From Octopus vulgaris (Eukaryota), in assembly GCA_951406725.2 (NCBI GenBank), contig OX597814.1, positions 47,120,001 to 47,184,000 on the forward strand: a stretch of 64,000 bases of DNA, given 5' to 3'. Below are positions 12,414-25,041 of this stretch, one piece after another. A program made the position numbers and the translations under genes. Position 1 is the first letter of the stretch. Every line of letters begins with the position of its first letter. The notes under the pieces are model-generated. The model was not told the origin of the DNA, made no database searches, and saw nothing but the letters and a program-made list of their open reading frames with translations.

Positions 12414-13007
12414 GTAAGTAGTGTCAAAGCTAAATTCTCTTGTGATGCTCAGTTCCTATTCTGGGAGATAAAAAAACTACCAAATTCCACTCTTAAAATA
12501 TTAGTCAATTCAAAGCTTATGATTGAACACACTTGCCGAAGGTGTCGTTCATTGAGAAACAAATTTCTTTCATAACACCATTATAATTGCATCTATTTAT
12601 GCAACATTTTCACAAAATAGAGTAGCCTGCTTCAAAATATTTTATATTTTCCTCTGAATTTACAATTTCAAAAAAATGTGTACGTCACCGTTCCAAAAAC
12701 GAATTGAGCTTTTTTGTGTATTTTATTCAATGTAATTCTTGTATTTTATTGAATGTAATTCTTGTTCAATATTTAGTTCACTCCTCCAATCTTTCACAGA
12801 TGTAAGATTCTATGGAAATAGAAAGAATAGTTATACTGTCGTCATAGAAGAATATTTATTCTTAAATAAGTAGAGCGTAACGTGGCTCTGAATCACGTCT
12901 ACCATCTATATTATTACGTTCACTCCTCTTTGCGTAATTCTTTGTTTTGTTCTTATAAATTGAAAGCCATACTCAACGACGCGACGACATACTGTAGAAA
13001 TGAACCA

Positions 13008-13409
13008 CAGTAATCACTCGACTATCGCGGGTGTTACAAACCCCCCGCGATATGGGAAAATCCGCGAAGCAGAAACAGTTTTGTACTGCATATTTGCTTT
13101 TATTATTTTTATAATTTGTATATATTTTATTATAAATGAAAAACAACACCACAGAGGAATCGACGTAAGCTTAAATAATAAACCGTGATAGGAAGGCAGC
13201 GAGCTGGCACGCCGGGCGTAATGCTTAGCAGTGTTTCGTCTGTCTTTACGTTCTGAGTTCAAATTCCACTGAGGTTGACTTTGCCTTTCACCCTTTCAGG
13301 GTCGATAAATTAAGTAGCAGTTGCGTACTGGGGCCGATCTTATTGACTGCCCACCTCCCCCAGAATTTCGGGCATTGTGCCTAAACTGCGATATGGCGAG
13401 TGATTACTA
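13008..13409. mobile_element. pogo/Tigger-like MITE with nested SINE
   Basis: TIRs CAGTAATCACTCGACTATCGCGG / CTGCGATATGGCGAGTGATTACTA; SINE inserted at ~13193-13382. Confidence 0.7.
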
Positions 13410-14014
13410 TATTGACAAACTAAACTACTGGCCCAGTTTTCATTGGATGAGAGTGTTATCCAATATTTAAAAAAAAACAAAACTATTAACTGAGTTCAAA
13501 GCTTGCCGGGCCAATTTAGCCTTTCATCTTTCCGAGATCATAAATAAAGCACTAGTCAATTTAGTTGGCTCTATTCATCTTAGCTGATTAGAGGTATTGT
13601 ACTTGTTAAAATTCAATACCTTACAAAATGCTGTAAAAATTTTAATGTTAATCGTTCATGACAGAAAAAGATTAGTGAATGTTCAAGATGAGACTTACTA
13701 GATCTATTTCTTTAGAGATAGACTAAAATTTTTATGCAGGATTATATAATCCAATGAGTGCCTTCTTATTTAAGATATTCGTATTATATGACAGCAACTT
13801 GGTTGCTATTTCTAGCCTGTTGAGTGACTGCACTGAAGTTTTCTCGTTTGCTCCTGTGATAGAATGTAGTCAGCAGGAAATAATCAAGTTGATATGAAAC
13901 CTTACTAAGATTTTTACCTTTAATACACTAAAAACTGAAAACCATTCTCTCGAGAATATATTCAATATACTCAGTTGTAAATAACTACTTACCTAATTTT
14001 GATTAATTTTTCAG

Positions 14015-14115
14015 GTGTTAATCGATTTTATGACAATATTGAAATGATGGTAGGATACAAAATAGGACCATTCATGAAAGTCAGTTGGTTGATAACATCT
14101 CCAGTGTTTTGTTTA
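14015..14115 (+). CDS. SLC6 transporter exon (IL5-TM11), 101 bp
   Basis: tttttcAG acceptor, GTaagt donor; (G)VNRFYDNIEMMVGYKIGPFMKVSWLITSPVFCL; phase 1 matches the previous exon. Confidence 0.96.
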
Positions 14116-14193
14116 GTAAGTTCATTTTGTTTTCGAAAGTTGTTGCCAAAGAATGTAAAATTTCTGGAAATGTACGTTGAACTATTATTATTA

Positions 14194-14252
<59 letters not shown>

Positions 14253-14255
<3 letters not shown>

Positions 14256-14458
14256 TAGTTTTATTTTTACAGCGTGCTTTCACTTCAATACCGAGCGCAG
14301 TTCTGTGTGCCTTGGGTATGTGCGGTGATTTGTTGTGATGCTCTGATGGTTACTGTATTGAAAGTGTTTTGCGTAGGATGTGTGCAGTGCCCAGAAGTGC
14401 AATTTTCTCTATGTTATATGTGTTTGTAAGTCCTGGTTATATGTGTTTGTAAGTCCTG

Positions 14459-14460
<2 letters not shown>
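14253..14460 (-). mobile_element. Short 3' end of the same R4/Dong-like LINE
   Basis: Reverse complement resembles ~3985-4165; (TTA)n on both sides; small internal tandem duplication. Confidence 0.8.
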
Positions 14461-14506
<46 letters not shown>

Positions 14507-15035
14507 GAGTGAGTGAGAGAGCAGTGCACGTGATCAAAGTGACACTGGGGTAAAATATACGAAACCCAGTATACCCATCATGACTACCCGTCTGATAAGG
14601 GTACACCAGACACATGCATCACAACCATAAGTGCACGACATGGTGATCTCATATCAAGATAAACAGCACATGACCTTGCAGGTGGGGCCTAGTTAGAATT
14701 TTCTTCTGGTCGAGTAGCCCATCCCACTCAAAAGGTCCCTGAATAAGGATTGTTTCAGAATGTTGAACGAAACACCCATGTTTCCAAAGGTGAATTATCC
14801 AAACCTCCACGAATTCCTTTCAACACATGGCTATGATACTCCCCCACTACTTCTACTCGTGATCAGAGATGCACATATCATCAACCACTAAGGGACATGC
14901 TCAACCGGTTAAGATCAAACAACTGACAAGCAAATCTGTGGTACTGAGCAGAATATTTGCTGTAGCCCATCTTTTATACCAAGACAAAACAATGTACATG
15001 ATAACACTTCCAATCATTTATGATCAGAAGCCGTG
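14507..15035 (-). mobile_element. Second copy of the TAA-associated repeat
   Basis: Reverse complement of ~4260-4785, e.g. ctgataagggtacacca and gacaagcaaatctgtggta. Confidence 0.75.
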
Positions 15036-15067
15036 TATAATTATGTTTATTATTATTCAAACAAAAT

Positions 15068-15243
15068 GTTTAACCGAGGTAGACTTTGCCTTTCATCCTT
15101 TTTGAGGAACGATAAAATAAGTACCAATTGAACACTGAAATCGATATAATCGACTTACCTCTTCCCCCAAAATTGCTGGCCTTGTGCCAAAATTTGAAAA
15201 CATTATTATTATTATTATCATTATTATTATTATTATTATTATT

Positions 15244-15275
<32 letters not shown>

Positions 15276-15865
15276 TATTATTATTATTATTATTATTATT
15301 AAGGCAGTGAGTGGCAGAATCATTAGTACAACAGACGAAATACTTAGTGGTATTTCGCCCGTTACTACGTTCTGAGTTCAAATTCTGTCACGGTTGACTT
15401 TACCTTTCATCCTTTTGGGGTCGATAAAATAAGTACCAGTTGAACACTGGGGTTGATGTAATCGACTCATCCCCTCCCCCAAAATTGTTGCCCTTGTGGC
15501 AAAATTTGAAACCATTATTATTACTATTATCATCATTACTATTATTAAGACAGTGAGCTGGCAGAATCATTAGCACACCAAACAAAATTATTAGCAGCAT
15601 TTCATCTGCCTTTATGGTCTGAGTTCAAATTCTGCAGAGGTTGACTTTGCCTTTCATCTTGTCTGGATTAATAAAATAAGTACCAATTGAGCAGTGAGTC
15701 CATATAATCGACTTATCTCTTCTGAAATTGCTAGCCTTGTGCCAAAATCTAAAGCCATTATTATTATTATTATTATTACTAGTTAAGATGGCGAGATAGC
15801 AAAGTCGTTAGAGCATTGAACAAAATGCTTAGTGGCACCTATTTTGGTTCTTTACATTCTGAGTT
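15068..15865 (+). mobile_element. Head-to-tail array of family A SINEs separated by (TTA)/(TCA) tracts
   Basis: Four successive full or partial copies starting near 15068, 15302, 15548 and 15787. Confidence 0.85.
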
Positions 15866-15942
15866 TTTGGCAATTGACCTCTGTTTATTTGCTCTCTTTT
15901 CTAAACCTTTTCTTTCTATGCATTTTTAAAAGTTTGTTTTTA

Positions 15943-16358
15943 TAGGCGCAGGAGTGGCTGTGTGGTAAGTAGCTTGCTTACCAACCACATGGTCCCGGGT
16001 TCAGTCCCACTGCGTGGCACCTTGGGCAAGTGTCTTCTACTATAGCCTCGGGCCGACCAAAGCCTTGTGAGTGGATCTGGTAGACAGAAACTGAAAGAAG
16101 CCCGTTGTATATATGTATATATATATATGTGTGTGTGTGTGTTTGTGTGTCTGCGTTTGTCCTCCCAACATCGCTTGACAACCGATGCTGGTGTGTTTAC
16201 GTCCCCGTAGCTTAGCGGTTCGGCAAAAGACACCGATAGAATAAGTACTAGGCTTACAAAGAATAAGTCCTGGGGTCGATTTGCTTGACTAAAAGACGGT
16301 GCTCCAGCATGGCCACAGTCAAATGACTGAAAGAAGTAAAAGAGTAAAAGAGTAAAAT
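15943..16358 (+). mobile_element. SINE family B copy
   Basis: Collinear with 11503-11903. Confidence 0.85.
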
Positions 16359-16681
16359 AGTATGCTTGTATCAATGTATATTTGAGAATGATCATAGCTG
16401 TGGCTTTACAAGGTTAATTTTGTAACCATGTGGCTTTCAGTTCAATTCTACTGAGCTGTACATTAAACAAATGCCTTCATAGTATTTCATCGGCCAAAAC
16501 CTCACAAATATAAATTGATAGACAAAAACTAGAGATAGACCATCCCTGTCCTTGAGTGGTGAACTTAATCCAGTGCCAGTTTAATGCCACCATTTGTTCC
16601 GCAGAGACATTTATCAAAATTTATTCCATAGTGTCAGGATAATTTCTTGCTTTACTCCAACCCATTCTTTCTCTAAGTCGT

Positions 16682-16727
<46 letters not shown>

Positions 16728-16811
16728 CATACATACATTCATACATACAAACATACATACATACATACATACATACATACATACATACATAAATGTGTGT
16801 GTGTGTGTATG

Positions 16812-17147
16812 AAGGCACATGACTCAGTGGTTTGAGCGTCGAGCTTACAATCGTGAGGTTGTGAGCTCGAATCCCAAACCGGGCAGCATGTTGTGTTCTT
16901 GAGCAAGACATTTTATTTCACGTTACTCCAGTTCACTCAGCTGTAGAAATGAGTTGTGACGTCACAGGTGCCAAGCTGTATCAGCCTTTGCCTTTCCCTT
17001 GGATAACACTGGTGGCGTAGAGAGGGGTGGCCGGTATGCATAGATGACTGCTGGTCTTCCATGAACAACCTTGCCTGGACTTATGCCTGGGAGGGTAACT
17101 TTCTAGGTGCAATACCATGTCTGTGTCATGACCGAAGGGGGTCTCAG
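16812..17147 (+). mobile_element. tRNA-derived SINE family C
   Basis: Head GACTCAGTGGTTTGAGCGTC...GCTCGAATCCC, then GTGTTCTTGAGCAAGACA; related heads at ~1981-2220 (+) and ~3190-3310 (-). Confidence 0.7.
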
Positions 17148-17825
17148 ATATATATAACAATTGCAGCGTGGAAAGTGCGATGCAGCACGAAATTTTGTCA
17201 GTGAACAGGTCGCGGTCTCAAAGCGGCGAAAATATTTTGGCAAATTAAATTTGTGTGTTTCTTAAATGGCTTATAAACACCTTCCATGCTGCAGTTGTTT
17301 TCGTTCCAACACACAATCTCAGATCAGGTCACTTGCTATGCAAGTACATTTCTGTAATATATATATATATATATATATGTTTATAGAGTGTCTATTAAAG
17401 TGCATGACATATAATTATTGAGTTTGAAGTTCATATATAGAGATGCCCAGACAAAAATTTATCTGACTAAACAGACAATTCCAAATTAAAGATTTGTTGG
17501 CTATAATAGTACAGATAAGAACTACAAGACAGGAGGATATTGTTTTAAACTATTTATTTAAAACAGCTTTACACTGTTTCATTAAGAATTGTACAATGGT
17601 TGAGTAATAGTTAACCATATGCCTTCATATAGAAGTTTTATGAAAAGTGAAGAACTGTGTTTGAGGATATGTACTCTTATACCTCCATGGTACCCTCAAG
17701 CTAGGATTGAATAAATAACTCCAACAATCCATTTAAATGGCTACCAAATATTCCTTTGGATAAGTCTGTGGAAATTTCTCCCTCTAATTTGGATAAATTA
17801 AGTCAAACAAAAATGTACAACAATA

Positions 17826-18059
17826 GCTATTTCTTTACTACCCACAAGGGGCTAAACACAGAGGAGACAAACAAGGACAGACAAACGGATTAAGTCGATT
17901 ACATCGACCCCAGTGCATGACTGGTACTTAATTTATCGACCCCGAAAGGATGAAAGGGAAAGTCAACCTCGGCGGAATTTGAACTCAGAACGTAACGGCA
18001 GACGAAATACGGCTACGCATTTCACCCGACGTGCTAACAGCTCTGCCAGCTCGCCGCCT
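17826..18059 (-). mobile_element. Family A SINE, inverted
   Basis: ctggtacttaatttatcgaccccgaaaggatgaaagg...ctgccagctcgccgcc is the reverse complement of the family A core and head. Confidence 0.85.
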
Positions 18060-18591
18060 ACACATTGTTGGTGTCCATCAGTTGACTTTAAAGATGATGG
18101 ATATGGAAATTGTGAGGCTTGTGCTTTCCCTAACACATTAACTCTCAGAAGCTTTTTCAGTCTTCTATTATAACTCCATTCATGTCTAAGATACTCTGTG
18201 GGGACAATAAAAATAGACCTAATACTTAACTGGTACTTTGTTTCTTCAATCCTGGGAAGGAAGAAAAGTGAAGCTGACCTTTGCATAGTTTGAATTCAGA
18301 ACATAAAGTGCTGAAACTAAATACTACAAGCATATTGTTCAATTCTTTAACTATTCTGCCAACAGACTATTGAAGTGAAATTAAATAATTTCCACAAAGA
18401 ATCAAAACTAAAGTACTATCTTAGGGAGAAAACTAAAATGTTATTAATTTAGTATAAAGTAACCTTATAGGAAAAAATATATATGTTTAGCTTTGAAATA
18501 TCAAATATGCATTAAGATTATCTCTTCAATTATTTATCATACATTTTAGCCATTCATTTAAATAAAAAGTATTTTCTCTTTTGTTTTTCAG

Positions 18592-18768
18592 ACAATATTT
18601 ATAATGAGTGTAGTAAACTATACTGAACTCACATACAAAAGACCATCAGGGACCTATGTATATCCAGATTGGGCTGTTGGAATTGGCTGGACAATGGCTC
18701 TTGTCTCAGCCATTTTTATTCCAATTGTTGCCTTAGTTTTGGTTCTCAAGCAATCAAATGCAAAAGCG
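18592..18768 (+). CDS. SLC6 transporter exon (TM11 end-TM12), 177 bp
   Basis: ttgtttttcAG acceptor, GTaagt donor; TIFIMSVVNYTELTYKRPSGTYVYPDWAVGIGWTMALVSAIFIPIVALVLVLKQSNAKA contains the SLC6 YxYPxW..xIGW motif. Confidence 0.95.
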
Positions 18769-19444
18769 GTAAGTTGTAAAACATTTGCTACAAAATTTTA
18801 AGTAAAATGAAAATAAACCTGGAGGTGGGTTGATGAAATCTTCATCATCACCCTGAACATCATCATACACATTATTATCATCATAATCATCGTCAGCCTC
18901 ATCCTCATCATCATCATTATCATCAGCAGCAGCAGCAGCAGTAGCATTTACATTCTGTGCATTAGCTTAATTACTATTTATCACACTTGTTTGAACTGGA
19001 AAATCCAAACTATGAGTTTCTTTATTTTGTCCTGTTCAACTGCCAACATGTTTGTTCAGTAATGTCATTCTATTTGTGGCAAACACTTGTTATAGCTTCT
19101 AATATATTATCCTTGTGTTGTCATCAAATCCAGACACACACATTCAATGAAACAGTTTTTTTTTGTTTGTTTTTCATCTATTCTCTATATAAAACTCCTT
19201 TCATAATCCTTCATTACAAGCTAAATGTAACATTACAAATATAAGTCTACTATATTTCTCAATTTTTCTTTGAGACATGACTGGAAGCAAGAAAAATGTC
19301 AAAAGGAAACTGCAAGTCAGGAATGAGGTTACATAATAGTTGTTAGATTAATTCAATGGACTGCAGACTACATGATCATAAGTTCAAACCACAGAATCTC
19401 TACACAGGGCACATTCTGCAGCCTGATTCATTCTTCCTTGCTGG

Positions 19445-19483
<39 letters not shown>

Positions 19484-19706
19484 TAATATAAGGGTAAATA
19501 ATTATTAATTCAAAAAATTAATAATTATTACCAAGTAGTTTCGGTATGGAAATATAACCATTATCGATAGGAACAAAAAGTTCTTTATATACATATATAT
19601 ATAAATAAATAGGGTTAAGCAACAAGTTGCTTAGCCACATACCGAAAATTTAGAAATACCAGTCAAAAACCACTTATTCCTATTTACTACAAATATAGCT
19701 CCACAT

Positions 19707-19807
<101 letters not shown>

Positions 19808-19820
19808 TATTATCCTATAG

Positions 19821-19855
<35 letters not shown>

Positions 19856-19865
19856 ATATATATAT

Positions 19866-19918
<53 letters not shown>

Positions 19919-20086
19919 CTAGCTACATGGTTTCGGGTTCAGTCCCACTGCGTGGCACTTTGGGTAGGTGTCTTCTGCTATAGCCCCGAGCTGACCGAAG
20001 CTTTGTGATTGAATTCGGCAGGCGGAAGTTACTGCCATGTGTGTATATGTGCGTGTAGGTGCTTGTGCCTCTCCGATAGAGAGAGA

Positions 20087-20159
<73 letters not shown>

Positions 20160-21616
20160 ACAATTGATGAAGTAGATGGAAGATAGATTTGGTACTAGTA
20201 TTTATTCAGTATGACAATCGTTTCAACTCATCCTGAAACTGTCTGCTACAGGTAGGATTTTGTGCATCTAATAGTGTTGCATCAATCAGTACAGTTTCTG
20301 TCACATCAGGTACATGCATTAAGAAGGGAATGTCCTGCTAGATGTACTGAGATGTCCTTCGCATGTTGTTTGAGCCTGCTGTATCTTGATTATGACCAAC
20401 AACAGTTGTCCATGTAAAAGTTAAAGTAATAAAATATAGAGAATACAAGAAAGATTAGATTTAGTTTAACGGGGCAGGGTGCATTCCTGAACACACACTC
20501 ACAAGCGTACAGATAGACACACTCAAACACACATGCATTTACACACCTACACATTCACACTGTAAATTAAAAACACAGAATCATAGAAGAAAGAGGGTAA
20601 AACTGTCAGAAAAGGATTATATTAAGGTTAAGGGGCAGGAATCTACGTTTATTTGACATGGACACATATATAGGCATACAAACATACACACACGCACACA
20701 CACACGTGCACACACATGCACACACACATACACACACACGCACACACACATGCACGTGCACATACACATGTGCCACCTGTATGTGATTAATAGTGTCTGT
20801 TAGCTATTTGGATGTAGAATGCATGGCAGACTTATATCTTTGATCTGACATCCTACTGTGATGTAGGATTGGCCGTCATTTATGGATGACCACTCTCTAG
20901 GGGAACAGGAGGGTTATTAGCAGACATACACATACATACACCAGTATTTGTATATATACACACAGCCACACACTCATATGTGCCTATATTCAATTAGTGT
21001 GTATATATGTGCCTACATACATCAATACTTTCATGCTGCCATGCTTCAGTGACATACAGACTCATTCTGAAAGTAACATGTATAAACATACGACAGTCAC
21101 AATACACATTGCATAAAAAAACTTCCAGTGGTTACATAAATAAATAATTATAAAACAATCAACAATACACATTGTATAAAAAGGTGGAAGTTGTACAGGC
21201 TTACTTGCATGGTTGTGTAGACAGACAGACAGACAGACAATAATGACAATGCATATTATATATAAAATAAAATTGAAAACTGAATTGCATGGGTTGTACA
21301 TAAAATTGTCAACAATAATTTGTATTGATCGTGTGTATGTATACCAAAGCTGTGAACGTGCTTTACTCAACATACTAATTGATACATACTCAGTCCAAAA
21401 TATTACGTGTGTGTATTTGTATATATATATATATATATGTATGTATATATTTCGTTTTTGTATTTGGTAAATAACGGACAGAGTCAAGACTATTGAAAAG
21501 GTTGCAAGACGCAATGAAAATTTTAGGAAAATAAAAATAAGAAATAAGTGGAAATTTTACATTATAAGGCACTAAAAGAAAATTACTCTCCCCAGACACA
21601 ACAGTATATGTATGTG

Positions 21617-21721
<105 letters not shown>

Positions 21722-23261
21722 ATCACCATCATCATCATTTAACATCCGTTTTCCATGCTGGCCACCTCTTTTCTCTTCACATTGAAGTAATTAAATATAA
21801 TTATACTTTTGCAACCCAAAATTTATCAAGAATTTATTACATTTAATAGACAATGTAGAAGTTCAGTACTGTTCATGAAAATTTTAATACTCGTATTTAG
21901 TTAATTACACATTTAGTGAGAAATTACACATTTAGTGAGAATGTGCATTTATCAACTGAGTCAATAATTCCACAGTTGAATGCAATATTCACTTTGGTGA
22001 AATCGTTTGCACCAAAATTTGGACTTCTATTAAAAATCAATCCAAAAGGTAACATCTCATTCATGAAAAAGATGGAATTTTCAAATATAGAAAGAAATTA
22101 TTGCTTAATAATTCCAATATTAATGTATCGATATAATGTGATGAACTAAGGCAGCAAGCTGGCAGAAACGTTAGCATGCCAGGCAAAATGCTGAGTAGTA
22201 TTTTGTCCATCTATATATTCTGAGTTCAAATTCTGACAAAATTGACTTTGCATTCATTCTTTTGGATTTAATAAAGTGCCATTTGAATCCTGGGGTCAAT
22301 GCAATTGACTGCTCCTCCCCACAAATTGCTGACTTTCCATCAAAATTCAAAATCAATTTTAATAAAATATAATAATATAATCTTACTCATTTAGTAGGAA
22401 AAGACAGAACTGGCATAATTTTAATGTTATGCTGTTAAAACAGAGTAGACCCATACAGTTTGGATTTTTTTTAAACTATAAGTCAAATTTGGGGCATAAT
22501 CAATGGAATCAACTGGAGTATTTTTACAATAGTTCAAATTACCCCAATAAAAGAGTTCAAAGAGTCTTGTAGTGTTATCAACTATACCCAAAGAGTCTTG
22601 TGGTGTTATCAACTATGCCCATAAGTGATTTCTTGATAAACTTTTAAATTAATATCAACTATTACAGTTACTTAACTTCTGTCATTTAACATCCAGGGTC
22701 ACATTTTCTAATTCTTATAATATTTTAAAAATAGCTTAAGTTACGAAACTAGTTTAACAATATCTAACAATAAGCTGACTATATTAATGTACTAATTCTA
22801 CAAATGTTTAGTTTAAGCACTGCAATTACCATTACTATGTCAATTTTTCAATGTTATTAAGATGGCAAGCTGGCAGAAATACTTAGTAGTATTTCTTTCT
22901 GAGTTCAAATTCTGCCAAGGCCAACTTTGTCTTTCATCTTTTTGGGGTCGATAAATTAGGTACCAATTGCATACTGGGGTCGATCTAATCGACTGACCAA
23001 AATTTCGAGCCTTGTGTCCAGAGTAGAAACGAATTTTTCAATGTTACTAACATTAGTAATAATACAAAAATATAAGGTATTGAATTGTTAATATTTCTGC
23101 TGTTAATAATCTATGAATATTACAGACTCTATCAATTAATTTGGTCAAGGGGTGAGTCCCTATGCAGCTATTCAGCCTGCTAGAAATAGCAATGAAATTT
23201 TCTCAGATCACACACTACTGTTTTAAACAGGGCACGTAAACAATGTAATCTGAAATGCTCT

Positions 23262-23489
23262 TTAACCTTTTAGCATTTAAATCAGCCATATCTGGCCAAA
23301 GAGTTCTACTTGCTTTATGTTCAAACTAGCCAGATCTGACCTCCCACACCTACCCTACAATGTCATTCTAAAAATAAACAATTTCATCATCGAAATCTCA
23401 AAGCTACAAGATAATGCATGATTAATTCAAAACAACATGAATAAGTAAGCATTGCCTTTGACAGAATAATTTGAATGCTAAAGGGTTAA
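23262..23489 (+). mobile_element. TTAA-flanked piggyBac-like MITE, copy 1
   Basis: TTAA-CCTTTTAGCATT ... AATGCTAAAGGG-TTAA; homologues at 56334 and 61210. Confidence 0.85.
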
Positions 23490-24435
23490 ACTGGACAGTC
23501 ACAACTTGAAGCCTTTGATCATAGGCCTGTATGATCAAGGTTGATTTGAGTCTAAACAACAACTAGCTTGGCTATTTTTTTTACTACCAAACCTCTTATT
23601 ACAGACTTTATTTGCTAGTGTGATTAGTACCTTAGAGGTGTCCTAGAAACAAATGACAAATGAAAATTAAGCTCTTTGTACTAAAACTGTCATGTTTTAA
23701 ATAGCTGTTCAAATATAAACATCACCCATATTTACATGGGTGATGTTTATACACGCCAGAATATTGCTGGTCTATGTTTATTACTCCAGAAATTTTAGTT
23801 AACCACACAAGTTGGCTTGAAGTCTTTATTCTATAACTGGTAGATATAACTAGCAGTATTTATTAGATATAAATAATTTTCAAATTAAAAGGCATTTGAA
23901 TCTCAGTGTAAACAAACTCTTTTTACAATCCAAATCAAGTGTTAACTATATGGTTTACATTCAGTTCCTTAAGAACTATCATTTATGTGATTTACTTTGC
24001 TACTTTGTCTGTTAAATAGAAGAAAGAATTCATTTCTAGTAAGTATTAGCTTTAAAAACCTAACACTGGTCATTCATGTTTCTTGTATTCTAAAAATTCA
24101 ATCATTTGTTTCTTTTATTTACTTCTAAAAATTCTACAAAATTCTGTCTTAATTCTACCCAGTTTAACAATATCACTTTAAATTCTTTTCTTCCCATTCA
24201 TCCTGAATTATAGGTCATATATATTTATTTTTAGCTAGCACTTAGTTGAACTTCAGCAAATTATACCAAACTAAGAAACTAAATTACTTAGAAAAATTAC
24301 TCAGGAATTCCATCTGCATAAAGACCAATAGTCAAATTAATGTTACTCTTTACATCAGCAACATTAAAAACTAATTAATAATAATAATTCAATCTTCAAT
24401 AAATTCTATGCTTCACTGAAAAAGTCTAATGATAG

Positions 24436-24636
24436 TCTCAAATTTTAGCACAAGGCCAGCAATGTTGGGGTTAAGTTGATTACATTGATCCCAGTGCTTG
24501 CTTGGCATTTAATTTATTGACCCTAGAAGGATGAAAGGCATAGTCAATTTCAGCAGAATTTGAACTCAGAATGTAAAGATGGGTGAAATGCTGCTAAGTA
24601 TTTTGCCCAGCATGTTAATGATTTTGCCAGCTTGCC
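24436..24636 (-). mobile_element. Family A SINE, inverted, in the last SLC6 intron
   Basis: gaaggatgaaaggca...gaatttgaactcagaatgtaaag...tgccagcttgcc. Confidence 0.8.
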
Positions 24637-24885
24637 AATAATACTAAAATATGTTCAGAAGTGTTCCCTACACATGCTGGAATAATTAAAATAATATCCA
24701 TCATAGACTAATATTGTCTTTTCTTTAAGTCTTTTTATTTTATTCATTTCTAAATAGCTTTTTAATATTCCCTGCATTAAAAAAAGAAACACTCACTTGA
24801 TTTTACCAAATTAAATTCAGCTTTCCATTATTTTCTTCTTTATTTCTTGACTGCTGATTTCTGTTACTTTTCCTTTTCATTCCAG

Positions 24886-25041
24886 GGACTGAAGGCCCTT
24901 CTGGAGCCAAAAGGACTCAAAAGCCATCAACTCCGGCCTCAAGACTTTGATAAGTGTGCCAGTTATGATTTAGAATCGTTTCCAAATAAACCGCCTTCAT
25001 ATGTTTTTGCTATTTCTCATCCAGAGAACAAAGAAGCATAA
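24886..25041 (+). CDS. SLC6 transporter terminal coding exon (cytoplasmic C-tail)
   Basis: Strong pyrimidine tract + ccAG; phase 0; GLKALLEPKGLKSHQLRPQDFDKCASYDLESFPNKPPSYVFAISHPENKEA-stop. Confidence 0.85.
   Translation, partial: GLKALLEPKGLKSHQLRPQDFDKCASYDLESFPNKPPSYVFAISHPENKEA

Noticed and set aside
13999-14328. 109-aa ORF with poly-Leu
   Set aside because: Only 14015-14115 is exon; the rest reads through a GTAAGT donor into (TTA)n.
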